This document shows positions 12,701 to 26,454 of a DNA stretch of 64,000 bases, in pieces (the stretch's first letter is position 1; each line of letters begins with the position of its first letter). The notes below the pieces were generated by a model that worked only from the letters and a program-made list of their open reading frames with translations, was not told where the DNA came from and made no database searches. The position numbers and the translations under genes were made by a program. Source of the stretch: Chrysomallon squamiferum (Eukaryota; Animalia; Mollusca); assembly GCA_012295275.1 (NCBI GenBank), contig CM022679.1, positions 29,822,001 to 29,886,000 on the forward strand, in the 5' to 3' direction.

Positions 12701-15700
12701 CTGTGCTGGTGTATCATGTGCTGGTGGAAGTTGCATTGATGGTGTCAGTGAATACTTTTGTAGATGTCCAGTTGGAAAAACTGGAGAGTCATGTTCAAAA
12801 GGTTAAAATCAATAACAACAAAAACAACAACAAAATAATTGTAATAATTACAGTAATTTCAACAATAATAAATATAAAACAATCTCATAGTGAAATAAAT
12901 TTGTTTTATTACAAGAGTTCTTTGACTGACAAAAAAATCTGATATTTTCACTTAAAGCATAATATCAAGTAACTATTATATTAATACTGATTACATTAAT
13001 ATACTTTCTATACTAGCAAATATGAATGAATCTAAACAGCAAATAAATGTAAATTTTTGTCTCTGAAAAGGTGATAATTATTAAACCTTTTTTGCTTCCT
13101 TTTCTTCTACAGATGTCAACCGAAATTATGACTTACTGTTTCAATTGCCACAAAAGACAAACATGGCTTCATTACCATATCCAATTCCACTGAAAGTCAC
13201 TCAGCTGACGATTAGCTTTTGGGTCAGATTCTGGGACAAAGATGGAAAGGGCACCTTTTTCAGCATGTTTTCTGTTGTGTAAGTTTTTGCTTTTAATTTC
13301 ATTTTATTGCTATCAATATTTAACACATATACATATCTATTAAAATCTTATTTGTTATTTTCTAACTAGTGACAAAACCAAATGAATGATTTCAGCTTTA
13401 TGGTTGTATCTGTGAATTTCATTAAAGATTACAAAATAATGTTCATTCAACACTTTTAAATAATGAATGAAAACACACACTTACATCATATTTAAAAAAA
13501 ACTTATATAGCACCTTAATGTGAATATTTATTATAAAGGTTGACTTTTGAAATATTAAGTCAAAATGAACCAAACTCGTCATTAAGTCTAACAATTAAAT
13601 TATATTTGTACATGATTTAAGTTTAATTTTCAGTCAGTAAACAATACTCAAAATGAAAATTTAAAGATTTGTTTTAGAATTAATATTAACTGGATATTTG
13701 AACAAAATTATTCAAGTTATGTATTTTTCTTAACCATTGATTTATTAAATTTATTTATGATTATTTTGATAGAAAACCAAATTCTTTGAGTGGAAAGAAA
13801 GAACTCCTGCATGTTGATGAAAAAGGTCTCTACATTGACTTTAATGGCAGTAATACCTTTTTTGATTTTCCATACTACAAATACAATGATGGACGATGGA
13901 ACAACATTATCATCAACTGGGACAGCACAACAGGAAAACTAAACTTCATAGTAAACAGTATTAACAACAGTCCCATCAACAGTTATGCAAAGGATGTAAC
14001 TCTCGATGAAAAGTAAGTGTGACATTAATTTATTAATATCACTGAATAGTTGATTCAGGACCAACAGAGTAATTATGACATAAGTAATTATTTTATTCAG
14101 TGGGGGAAATATGTGTAGAATTGTTAAGCAGATTGTACATGTTTTAAGTGTGTGACTTGGAAATAAGACATAGTGTTTGGAATGGAGAATAAAACAATTA
14201 ATGACAACATGAGAAGAGTTTCAGAATTAGTTGTTCATCTGAACAAGTCAATATTTTGTTTCAAGAGCTGTTTATTTTCTTTTTCTTTTAAGTCAACAAA
14301 TAATAAAATGGTAGACATTTTTTCTTTTCTTTTTGTTTTCTTACTGTTTCATCTAAAGCAGACAAATAATCTTCATAATAGTATATCATATAATTAAATA
14401 AATTTCACTTCCATTATTAATTTTGAAAAAACGGAATACAGAGGCCAAACAAAATGTTTTTATTTTATTTATTTATTTAATTATTTATATTTTGGATCTG
14501 GAATCATTAAAGTTTAGTGAAGTAGTGCCAAGAATTAGAACTTACAGCTTAATAGGAAAAATGTATTAATTACCTTTAATTAGTCATCTTAATCATTACA
14601 AAATGAAAAACAATAAATCGCTGTGGCTAAAATTGTTGTTGATTTTTGTTAATCAAATTACACGTTTTTTTATAATTACTATTATTATTTCCTTTTTTGT
14701 TTATTGTGATAAGCCAAGCTGCTCAAATTTCAATGAAATGATCCCATACTGTATAAGGAATCTAAAGAGGAAAACAATGTGGTAAAACTGAGATACTAAA
14801 TGTACTTTATTTCCAAAACTTATTATTAAACTTTTCAAAAGTTCTTTTGTATTTATCATATTCCTTATTTTATGGAAGTAAATATTTACATTTTGTAGCC
14901 ACATTATTAAATATAATCTAATAGCTTAGTTTAATTACAAACATTTCATATTAATGTAAGTAGTAAGTAGTATTGATAGTGTTTAGGTCATTTTCAGATG
15001 TCATACAGAATATAACATTAATGATTTTGCAAATAATGACATTATAATGATTATTACTTGAAATAATGTTTAATATTGTTAATTTAATTCAGTTTCTTTA
15101 ATGATTTATTATTATTTTCTATTTTCAGTGTGTGGCTTGTATTAGGGAGCAAGTACGACCCAGCTACAGAAAAACCAGTAGCTAATGAAGGATTCAACGG
15201 TTGGATAAGCCAACTAGTGATTTATAATCGTGTCCTCAATTTCAGTACAGAAGTTCAGGAATCTGTAGACTTTCCACAAAAATTGTTTAAGGATTACATC
15301 TTTGTTTGGAATGAATTTGTACGTTCAGCTGGGGTAAAGATGATTATTCCTTCTACAGTTAAAAAGCCCTATGAATCCTGTCCACGAGGTTTTTCAGGAG
15401 CACCAGCCTGCAAACAAGCAGACCCACGTAAGATGACCAACTGCTGCTGACTTTTTAGGATCTTAATTAATTATTTTGATATAAACACTGTGGCTGATTA
15501 AGAAATAATGATGCCCAGTATGAATTTATTGCCGTTATTTCAAATTTAATAAATTGTTTTATACCAAAATCAAATTAATCTTTCTGTAAGTAAACAGAAT
15601 ATTTCATTTTTAGCATTGCTGTATATCCTGTAACTATTTATAATTAGATAGTGCTTTCCTTTTTTCTTTGTTTTATATGTACAGTCCTAATTAAAATATT

Positions 15701-17345
15701 TACAGAAAAAATTCTGGTTTTGCCTTCATTCTGTCCATCTGATGTGAAGAAACTGGGAACTTCACGAATCACGTATGTTACATGGAATGAACCAAAGTTT
15801 GTTGGAGAAGCTAGTGTTGTCAAGAAGAGTTACAGCTCTGGTAAATATATTAACTTTTTTCACTCACTGTCTTACAATATTAGATATTGAATAGCAACAT
15901 ATACAAGCAAAAATCCCTTTTTAAATTTATTTTCTGTATCAGGTGATGCTTTCCTGTGGGGGAAATATCTTGTTGTGTATGTAGCTGAGAACAGTGCAGG
16001 AAACAAAGGACTTTGCAGCTTCAAAGTTTTTGTACAGTGTAAGTTTATTCTCTTCATGTAACTGTCTGAATTTATTGAAAACACTTCTATCCAGTGTTCT
16101 TTTTATAAATTAGTTTTGTCAGTTTCAGATAAATGATTACACTGTTCAGAATATCATGTCTGAGCTTTCACCAACTGATTCAGTTGAATTCTATCTTCGG
16201 CTAAAAAAAAAATAAAAAGTAAAAAAACATTTAAAAAAAAATTCAAATTCAGTTTTTTTTTTTTTTTTTTTTAAATCAGCTGAGATAAAAACTGATTTTG
16301 CCAAAATTCAACTAATTTATAATGTTTCATTAAATTATTAATAAAAATATATAAGACGTTTTTATTTGTAGCAGAATATTGATGGTTAATGACAGTTTTA
16401 AAGAAATAACATGGCTATCTAAACCAAATAATAATAATTAAATTAAAATTAATGTACATTTAGTGAACTTGAGAATCAGAAAATCTTTGATATGTTACAG
16501 ATATACACACACACACATATATATATATATGCAGCTAATATGTCACATTTTGTTCAACTGTTCATAGATCGAAATTGTCCAAAGCCACCTAGCCCATATC
16601 AGGGTATTGCATCATATGGCAATTCTCAGAAAACATATTACTATACCAGTATCATCTGCAATGATAACAAAGCTGTGGTGAGGCCAGTTCCAAAAACATA
16701 CACATGTGGTCGTATTGGCAGTTGGAACCCACAAAAAAAGTTTCTCAATTTTAGACTGCCACCTTGTGGAGGCAAGTTCAATTTTTATTTTTCATGTATG
16801 AGTGTGTGTGTGTGTATCAGTGCACATCTGTCTGTTTGTTAAGAGTAAATGTGTGTGTGTGTTTGTCTGTTGCTGTTTCATATTACAAAATACATTTTTA
16901 TAGTTTCTTATTATGATTTCTGGTTTAATATATTATATAAAGAAGGTTAAACGAAGAAATATGTAAAATATTGTTTTAAAATTTCTTTATATTTACAGTG
17001 AGAAAAATGAATAATTTGCGAACAGTGAAAATAAAGCTTGTTTACATTGTGGGAACATCAAACTGTGAAGGAGTTAAGACAACTCTGGAACAGGAAATTA
17101 GAAAAAAAATCCTGCAATTGAATAATAAATGGCCAAATCTTTGCCAAAGGACAAACTGTGATGATGTGGTTGTTAGTATAAAATGTGGAACAAACCTTAT
17201 CACAAGAAGGAGAAAACGAGCTACCAATGATGTCATTGCTTACATTACATTACCACAAGCAAAGTAAGTTCTTTATATTAAATTCTATATAAATACTCTC
17301 TCCCTCAGTATATGTATATGTATGTCCACACACGCAGACGTGCAT

Positions 17346-17391
<46 letters not shown>

Positions 17392-20300
17392 GCGCGCACA
17401 CACAGACAGATAGACATGCAACATATTCACACACAGACAGGCATGCAACACATTCACACACTTATATTATCTACTTTGGATTTGGGTATAAATTTGTTAT
17501 AACAAAAGTATAATTTATATAATAATTACTTTTGTCTATATACAGTCCCATCTTACTGCAATTGGCACATAATTAGTCACATAATAATTGTATTTCTTTG
17601 AAGTCTTAATGAGCAGTGATGCTGTACTTCTTATAATTACTATATGCAGCTAGATAAATGAGATTATTCTTAGTATTTGTTAATGAATTCACTCATTTGG
17701 ATTTAGCATCAAAAGTAGCACTTTGTAAAATACATATTACACATCTTTCTGAATTTGTAATGCGAAAGTGACCTAAAAAACCAGCAACAAATCAAACTTA
17801 CATGCCTAAGTAAAATTAATAGAAAAGTTTACATCAAATTCACTAACCAAACAAAGATTTAGCAACACAATTTAAGAAAAGAAGACACATAGTGTCTAAC
17901 ATTCTTAAATATTATAATCATTACTGGCAACAGTATGAAACCAACATTTTGGANNNNNNNNNNNNNNNNNNNNNNNNNNNNNNNNNNNNNNNNNNNNNNN
18001 NNNNNNNNNNNNNNNNNNNNNNNNNNNNNNNNNNNNNNNNNNNNNNNNNNNNNNNNNNNNNNNNNNNNNNNNNNNNNNNNNNNNNNNNNNNNNNNNNNNN
18101 NNNNNNNNNNNNNNNNNNNNNNNNNNNNNNNNNNNNNNNNNNNNNNNNNNNNNATATCTTCATTTAAAGTATTATAATGAAATAAATCTGTTTAAGGATT
18201 TTCTGTTTGGTTTCAGTGTCACTGTGACATCCACATCTGGAGAAACACTGCCTGCTACTGATGTGCTAAAACGTAGCATTTTCACTGATAATGACTTTGA
18301 CTTCAGTGTGAGTTTGGTTTTCAGTACCTTAATATTTCTCATTGCAATATAGTTTGTACATTTAAATTCAAGTTAGATCTTAATTTAAATCTACATAAAA
18401 CAACATTTTAATAAATAGTATATGTTTTCTTTTGATTAAAATTTACAATTTTTAGTGGAAAAAATCTTAATAACTGATAATTCTACATAGTTAATACTTC
18501 AATCTGTTTAATAAATTATTAATATTAGAAAATGATTTGTTCCCAAATTAAATATAGAATTAATATTTAAGAAATATTTGTTTAATTTAAATCAAATGCT
18601 TGATTACTTAAAATGAATCAGTTGTTAATGTGAGTTATGTACATTTTTTTCACTGTTTTTATTTATTTATTTATTTACTTAATTGGTTAGAAAGTCTAAG
18701 CTACTTGGTTATCTACACATATATGTATATAATCAAAATGTTTACAGAATTTAATTTCAAATGGCATTCCACTAAGTCATAAAGTTGTTATCTCAGCTGA
18801 CCTTGCTTGTCCATCTGGTCAAGCTCCTGTTCAGCAAGAATGTGGTGAGTACTGTGATAAATTAATTGTTAGCTCTTCATAATCAAACGTTTAAATATTT
18901 CCATATTTGTTTGAGGTTATGTTCACTGGATCAGTATTGCTAATGCTTTGTTCCGATATATTTGATTCTAAATTGCAAGTATAAAGATTTCAGCATGTCA
19001 GAAAATTACATTTATGTTCAGATTAACCATTTTAGATGACTGTGATGAGTAAGGAAAACACAAGTAGTGATGTATGTTTCTGTAGAAAGGCAATGATTGC
19101 TCTAGCTAGGTAAAGAAAGAAGTATTCAGCTGATGCTGAAATCTGTCCAGTTCATAATGAGGGATAAAGTAACTTGAATATATAAAGCTAAACCACTGGA
19201 AATTATAGAAATAATATACAACTATTTTGAGTTGTCTCCCAAAAAAGTAAGATCACAGAAAATACACCAGCCTGCAGTTACCAACTGTCTTGTATTAGTG
19301 TCAGTGTCATGTGTTGAAAATGTTTTAAATTATGTACAAGACATATTACATTTGTTTGTTTTGCCAGATATAACATTAATAAAAATAAAAAAAACACATA
19401 AATGTTCTACTAAATTTATCACTTTATGAATTTTTAAAACATTATACATGATTTTTATAAAGCAAATAGAATGGTTTAATTTTAAAGATCCTGTGTGGTA
19501 GAAAATAGGCTGTAGATAATAGTTCATGTTTTATTTTTCAGTGGAATGTGCCCCAGGGACATTCTACAACAGTGTAACCAAGACCTGTGATGACTGTCCA
19601 GTAGGTCAGTATCAGACATCAGCTGGTCAAACATCTTGTACACCATGTGATTCTGGAAAAACTACAGAGCTGCCAGGATCAAACACCAAAACTAACTGTA
19701 AAGGTATGTAAGCTATTTTTTTTTTAATGTATTTGCAGAATATTACATTATATTATGATTTTTTAATTTAAAAGTAATATATATATATATATATATATAT
19801 TTATGTTGCTGTGGAGTTTTTAAAATCAGGATCCATGAACATATTAAAAAACAAAAAGAAATGAAAATATTCATTTTCATTTATTACTATCATCTTTTGT
19901 CACAGATTAAGTTTTAAATGAAACAATAAAACTGGAAATAAGTATATAATATGTTTTCTGGTGTAATTCTCTGACTGGAGAAATAAAAATATTAGAATGA
20001 CTTGAGTAACTGTAACAGCTTTAATAAAAAGGTTGCAGTTGTGTTCTTTAGATGACTGGATGTATTGTCTCTGGTTACCTATAAAATATAAATCAGCATC
20101 AACAATTTTAATGTGTTCCACTTGTTGTGGACTATGATAGCTAATAAAATATTTAATTAAATTTTGACAGCAGTTTCCTTTCTGAAGTCTGTCAAAATAT
20201 TTCAGTATTATTTTATTTTCATAATTTTTACTTTTCAGCTTCATGCAAGCCTGGAGAATACTTTAACTATAATTCTGACAAATGTGAAAAATGTGATTAT

Positions 20301-23300
20301 GGTTTCTACCAAAGTTCACCAGGTCAGTTCAACTGTGAGCCATGTGTTGTGGAATATACTACACGGGCTCAAGGATCTACAAGTGAATCTGACTGTTACA
20401 GTAAGTTTATGAGGTTTCTTAATTACTAGTTTAAATTGTCTGTTAAAATTTTGAATTAATTTTATTGAATAATCTTTGATTTCAATTATGAAATTTACTG
20501 AAATATTTAAAATAAAATATTAACAATGGTTTATAAATTAAACCACACATTAATTTCTCAGTAAAATCATTTCTTTTTAGAGGACTGTCCACCAGGTAAA
20601 GAAATTTCTCAAGATGGATCATGTCAGCCCTGTCCTATTGGAAAGTACAGAACAGCCAATGATCGCACCTGTGTGGAATGTCCTGAAAAAACGACAACAA
20701 ATGAAACAGGAGCATCTTCTCCATTAATGTGTAATGTTGGTAAGAAGCAGTGTTTGAACAGACTAGAAAGGAAATTGTTTTTAAAATTGATTTAAGATTT
20801 AGTTTTCATCATCAAGGAAGAAAGTTTAAATGATTGTGAATATATATCAATAATTAAATGTCAGATTTACAAACATTTCTTTTATTCCTCTCTATGAAAA
20901 GAAAGTACAAAACAATAAACTTTTTTTTTTACCTAGGTGACTGTCAGCCAGGTTTCTACAGAAACATATACAATGAGCTGGAGTGTTTGAAATGTGAACT
21001 GGGCACCTATCAAGATAAAGCTAATCAGTATCAGTGTGTATCATGTGGAGGAGAAAGATTTACAACTTCATCTCAAGCTTCTTCTAAAGCTGAAGACTGC
21101 AAATGTAAGTTTGACTGTTTTAATTTTAGCATGCATGCTGAGAAAATATTTATATATAGCTGATTTCATATTTTACTAAATGTATTGAAATCAGTATTTC
21201 TCTCTCTCTCTCTTCTTTCTTTCTCTGCCTCTCACTGTTTCTTCCTCTCTCAGTTTTGTTTAAAACTGTCTAAATTTAATTACAGATAATAGCAGTATCA
21301 TACTATTTTATTCAGTTCTGTCACTGACTTAAAGATAATGTTGGAATAGATAGTAAATTGCTAAAGAAATAATTTTACATCAGGTACAAAATCAAGAAGA
21401 AGATCAGTCAGCTGCACTTATTACAATGTCATAGAAATGTTATCAGTATTGGAAGATCCTTTCTAATCAAATGAAGCCCTCATCTTAAGTCATTAATAAT
21501 TTTTCTAGTATTTCTGCAACTCAAACTTTTTTTCTTTTGGATAACTTAGGAAGCAGCTATTTTGTTAAATGTTTTAAATATTTATTACATTTTAGTTGTA
21601 AACTGTTGATTTATAAATCATGTAGATTTTCATTTATTTGTTTTATTCCGATTTTAATTCTAATTTTCTTCTATTCTTTCAGGAAATATAACTTATTGTG
21701 ATTCTTGTCTTATTATTATATATTAGTTTATTTTTATTAAATATCTGTATATCTGTAACATAACTGATTTTTTGTTTTTTTCTCTCAGTTTTCTGTCCTG
21801 ATGGTGAAGAACAGCTTGACCCGACTAAAAACCTGTGCACATCGTGTGAAGTTGGTTTTTATCGAAACAGCACTGGACAGTTTCAGTTTGATAAATGTCA
21901 GCAGTGTCCCAACAATCGCAGAACACCTTCAAAAGGATCAGTTTCTGTGGCTCAGTGCACTATATGTATGTTTTTCTTTGTCATCATCCTTAATTTAATA
22001 ACGCATTATTTAACGAGAAAAAATCTTCATAGATTTATTTCCTATCAATAAACACCTTTATACAACTAAAATGTAAAGCTCGAGAAAGGATTTACACATG
22101 TATTTGATAGAGACAAAAATATAATATGCTTGAAGGAATTAGGTTAAAAAATATAATAATTATTTCCATTGCTTCCTAGATATTGAACATAAATTTTGGT
22201 CTCCTTTCACCGTCACATACAATATTTTAAGAAATACATTTCAAAACAATATGTTAACCTTAAAAACATTTGGGGTTTGGGTGGGTTTTTTTCATTTATT
22301 TGTATTATTAAATATTTAACCTACTGCTTAAATGATTAGTGAATTGTTAATTTTATTTAAGGACAATTTTAAATCATTTTTTTTCACCAGCCCATTTTTC
22401 AATGATTTTTTTTAGCTGTTATTAAGAAATGAGAAATCATAATTATAAATAAATTATTGAAGTAATTACGTTTTTTTCAGACAAATGTGCTGCAGGTGAA
22501 GAGCCAACATCAGATAACAAAGCCTGTAAAAAATGTGACACTGGATATTACCAAGAACTTCCAGATCAAACATCCTGCAAACAGTGTGAGAGTGGAACCA
22601 GTACCAAGCAGACTGGATCAACTAATAAAACACAGTGTGAAAGTAAATTACTGTTTTGTTTTTATAATAAAGGGTTAATTTGTTTCCAGGAAAAATATTC
22701 TGTTTTATTTCGGATGTTTCTCCAAAAGAGCGATTATAGTTTTAGTAAATGATGGTATTATTTGTTTATTTATTTTAAGATATAAAAAATACATAATTAT
22801 TTCTTTTATGTTTTTTCTTACAGGATATTGTCCCTCAGGCTACGAAAAAGATACAAATGAAGATTGCCAGCCCTGTCCACTTGGGTTTTACAAGGACAAT
22901 ACCATTGACATGTTTGGCAACTGTACTCAGTGTGGAAAGAACATGGGTGAAGCTCCAGTATCTGACTTTGTAACTGAAACAACAGCATCAATATCTGCTT
23001 CTAACTGCACTGTTCGTAAGCATTCTTATGAATATTATTTTAAAAAGAAACATCAGCAATAAAAAATATCTAAAATAGAAGGAAAATATTTCCTTTCACT
23101 GTCTGTATCACAAAGAAAAAATCTCATAAAACAAAAAATTATATCACTGAATAAATATCTGTATTTCAGAAATGAACCTACTTTTTTCAGAATATTTTCA
23201 AATTTAATTGCTTGCAATAAACAAAAATAAGAAAAAACTGAACCATCAAACAAGCAAAAGTCTAAACTAATTTTAAAACAATACATTTTGTTCCCTTGAT

Positions 23301-26300
23301 TAGCATTAATTTGTTGTAATGGTTGAAACAAATCAATTCTCATTCCTGGATTTCAGCAGTTTACCTGCTAACATTATTTATTTATAACGATCATATATTA
23401 CTACATCAGTAAAATAGGGTTACTGATATTATTATTAATGATTGTCCATTAATTTACAAATATTCTCCAATGTTCATTTAAAAATCTTTCAATATTAATA
23501 CAGTATTTACCATGACTAGCAAATAATTAATAAATAATTTAAATAAGCTTATTGTGATCACAAAATAAATACTTGTGTTACATTAGTCAGACATTAAATG
23601 ATTGTTGCCTAAACCAGTTAATTATGAATTACTTCATCACTTGAGTACTTCTGTTGCAGGAAACTGCATTGCTGGTTCTAAGATCAAGTCTGATGACAGT
23701 GGTTGTGACATTTGTCCACGTGGCCAGTATCAACCAAAGCCTTATCAGAAACAATGTTTGAATTGTTCAAACAAACATTCCACCAAACAAGAAGGTTCAA
23801 AGCTGGAAGCAGATTGTTTGGGTAGGTAAACATTTAACCTTGTATTATAGAATAAATCATTGGCACAGTGTCAGTAGCATCGAAAATGTGTTGTGTAATG
23901 GTACAAATGAGTCTTTCATATATTGCTATATCATCAACTGGTGTGAAGATACAAATTATCCAGATAAACAGTTATAGTCATATTAGTTACTTTAGCTATG
24001 GAAAAATAATTTTATTCTGTAAACAATTTTTTATATTTTGTTTTGGGAGGTTTTCATGGATGTAAGATTTTTTTCTTTCTTTAAATGTTATTCATTATAT
24101 TTATAATATGTTTCCAGATATTGTAACTAAATATAACAACCAAATATCTTAAAAATTTTATAGATCAACATTAAAATTATAATTATTCAGTATTTAACTG
24201 ATATAACTGAAAAAAGACGCTCATTAAAAGACTTTTTACATTTTCGTAATTTACTTACAATTATTGTTAATGATAATTTTTTTTTAATAATAATTGATTT
24301 GCTATATACATTTTCAGCTTATTGTGATCCTGGTTATGAAAAAAAGCCAGAGACTGGTGCATGTGAAATTTGTGATCGAGGTTATTTCAAAGACAATGAT
24401 GTTGATGTGTTCTCCATGTGTACAGTTTGTTCTAACTCATCCTATATTACTGCAGGGAAAGGGGCCACATCAGAATCACAATGTACTGTTGGTGAGTGCT
24501 GGTTCCTGGGACAAATTTGTATATACATTTTGTACCTTTGTAACATTAAAAAGATGGGTGAACTGGTTTATTTAAAGTTATTCAACATCCAAGCTAATCA
24601 GCATCAATTTATATTTGCTCATATTATTAGTTTGATACATACAGTGAAGGTAAGAGTGTCTAAAATGCTTAGAATATACAACAAGTGTAACTTTTATCTA
24701 CTGTGATTTTCAGAAAATTGCACTGCTGGTTATTATCTTGAAAGTGATAAATGCAAACTCTGTCCCAAGGGAACTTACTCTGACACAAAATGGAGTGGCA
24801 GCTGTATTCAATGTGACAAAGATAAAACAACTCTAAACGAAGGCTCAACTAGTGTAACAGACTGTATATGTAAGTTTATTTTCTAAATTAGATTCTCTTC
24901 ATTTTATTATTTATTTATTCTCCTTTTTATAAATTTCCATACTGACTTTGTTTTAAATGAGGTTAAAATAAAAAAGCAGAAATTTTTTTTTTTTTTTTTT
25001 AGTATGTATTGTTTCATCTTTTTGTTTTGAACAGGTGGTTTGGTGGATGTTTCGAATATATTTCTATTTTTATTTATTTATCTGTCTGTCTATCTAGTTT
25101 TGTCTCATTTCATTTTTCTTTTTCTTTTTGGGGACTTCTTATACTTTTTGTTTCTTGAAGTATATAAATAATTTCATTAATACAGTATTCTTTCTAATAG
25201 TAATAATCATAAAATAAAACAAATAATTTAACAACGAGGAATAGGGAATTCATTTTGTTCTGCGGTGTTAGCATTAATGTTTTTTAGTCAGTTAATGCAA
25301 GATTAATATTTCAGTGTCCTGTCCACCAGGAAAAGAAGATGAGGGTGGAGCTTGTGTTCCATGTAAAAAAGGTTTTTACAAAGAAGTTACCAAGGCAGCT
25401 AAGTGTACGTCATGTCCATTAAACAAAACCACAGCAGGAGAAGGTTCAACACTGGCTTCTGATTGCAATGTCGGTAAGTATATTTAGTTTTTTTTATTCC
25501 AAAAATAACTAATAAGTAAGAGATGAAATTCTAAAAATATGTGAATTTTTCCAACCCAAATTAATTACAGATACTGACAGAATCCATTGCCATTTTATTT
25601 GGTATGAAATTAGAATGTCTGTATAAAGACTGATAGTATGTAGTTGTCATAAAGCTGTAATGTTTGTACAAATACTGATAGTATGTAAATATCATGAAGG
25701 AAGGTGCAAGGTCTGTACAAATACTGATAGTATGTAGTTATCATATATTGATAGTATCTAGTTATCATGAAGGAAGGTGCACAGTCTACAAATACTGATA
25801 GTATGTAGTTATCATATATTGATAGTATCTAGTTATCATGAAGGAAGGTGCACAGTCTGTACAAATACTGATAGTATGAAGTTATCATATATTGATAGTA
25901 TCTAGTTATCATGAAGGAAGGTGCACAGTCTGTACAAATACTGATAGTATGTAGTTATCATATATTGATAGTATCTAGTTATCATGAACGAAGGTGCACA
26001 GTCTGTACAAATACTGATAGTATGAAGTTATCATATACTGATAGTCACACAGGTGCAAGCTCTGTACAAAGACTGGTACCAGTTTTTATATAGTATATAG
26101 TTCTTATGGAGTTAATGTTTGTACAAAGATGATTATTAATTTCACATGGAACAGAAATGTAATTCAACATTTCACGTTTTAATAATAAATACCTTTTATG
26201 TAAAAACAAATAAGTTTTAGTAAATAGTTGAAGAAACACCACAACTTACATTAGCTTGACCATGTTACATGAATTTCAGTTTTCAAATCTGAGTAAAGAA

Positions 26301-26363
26301 AAAATAATTTAATTATTTATTTATATATTTGTTTATTTATGTTTATGTTTATTTTAATTTTAA

Positions 26364-26454
<91 letters not shown>

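Noticed and set aside
17892-18177. ORFs spanning the N run
   Set aside because: Artefacts of the assembly gap.
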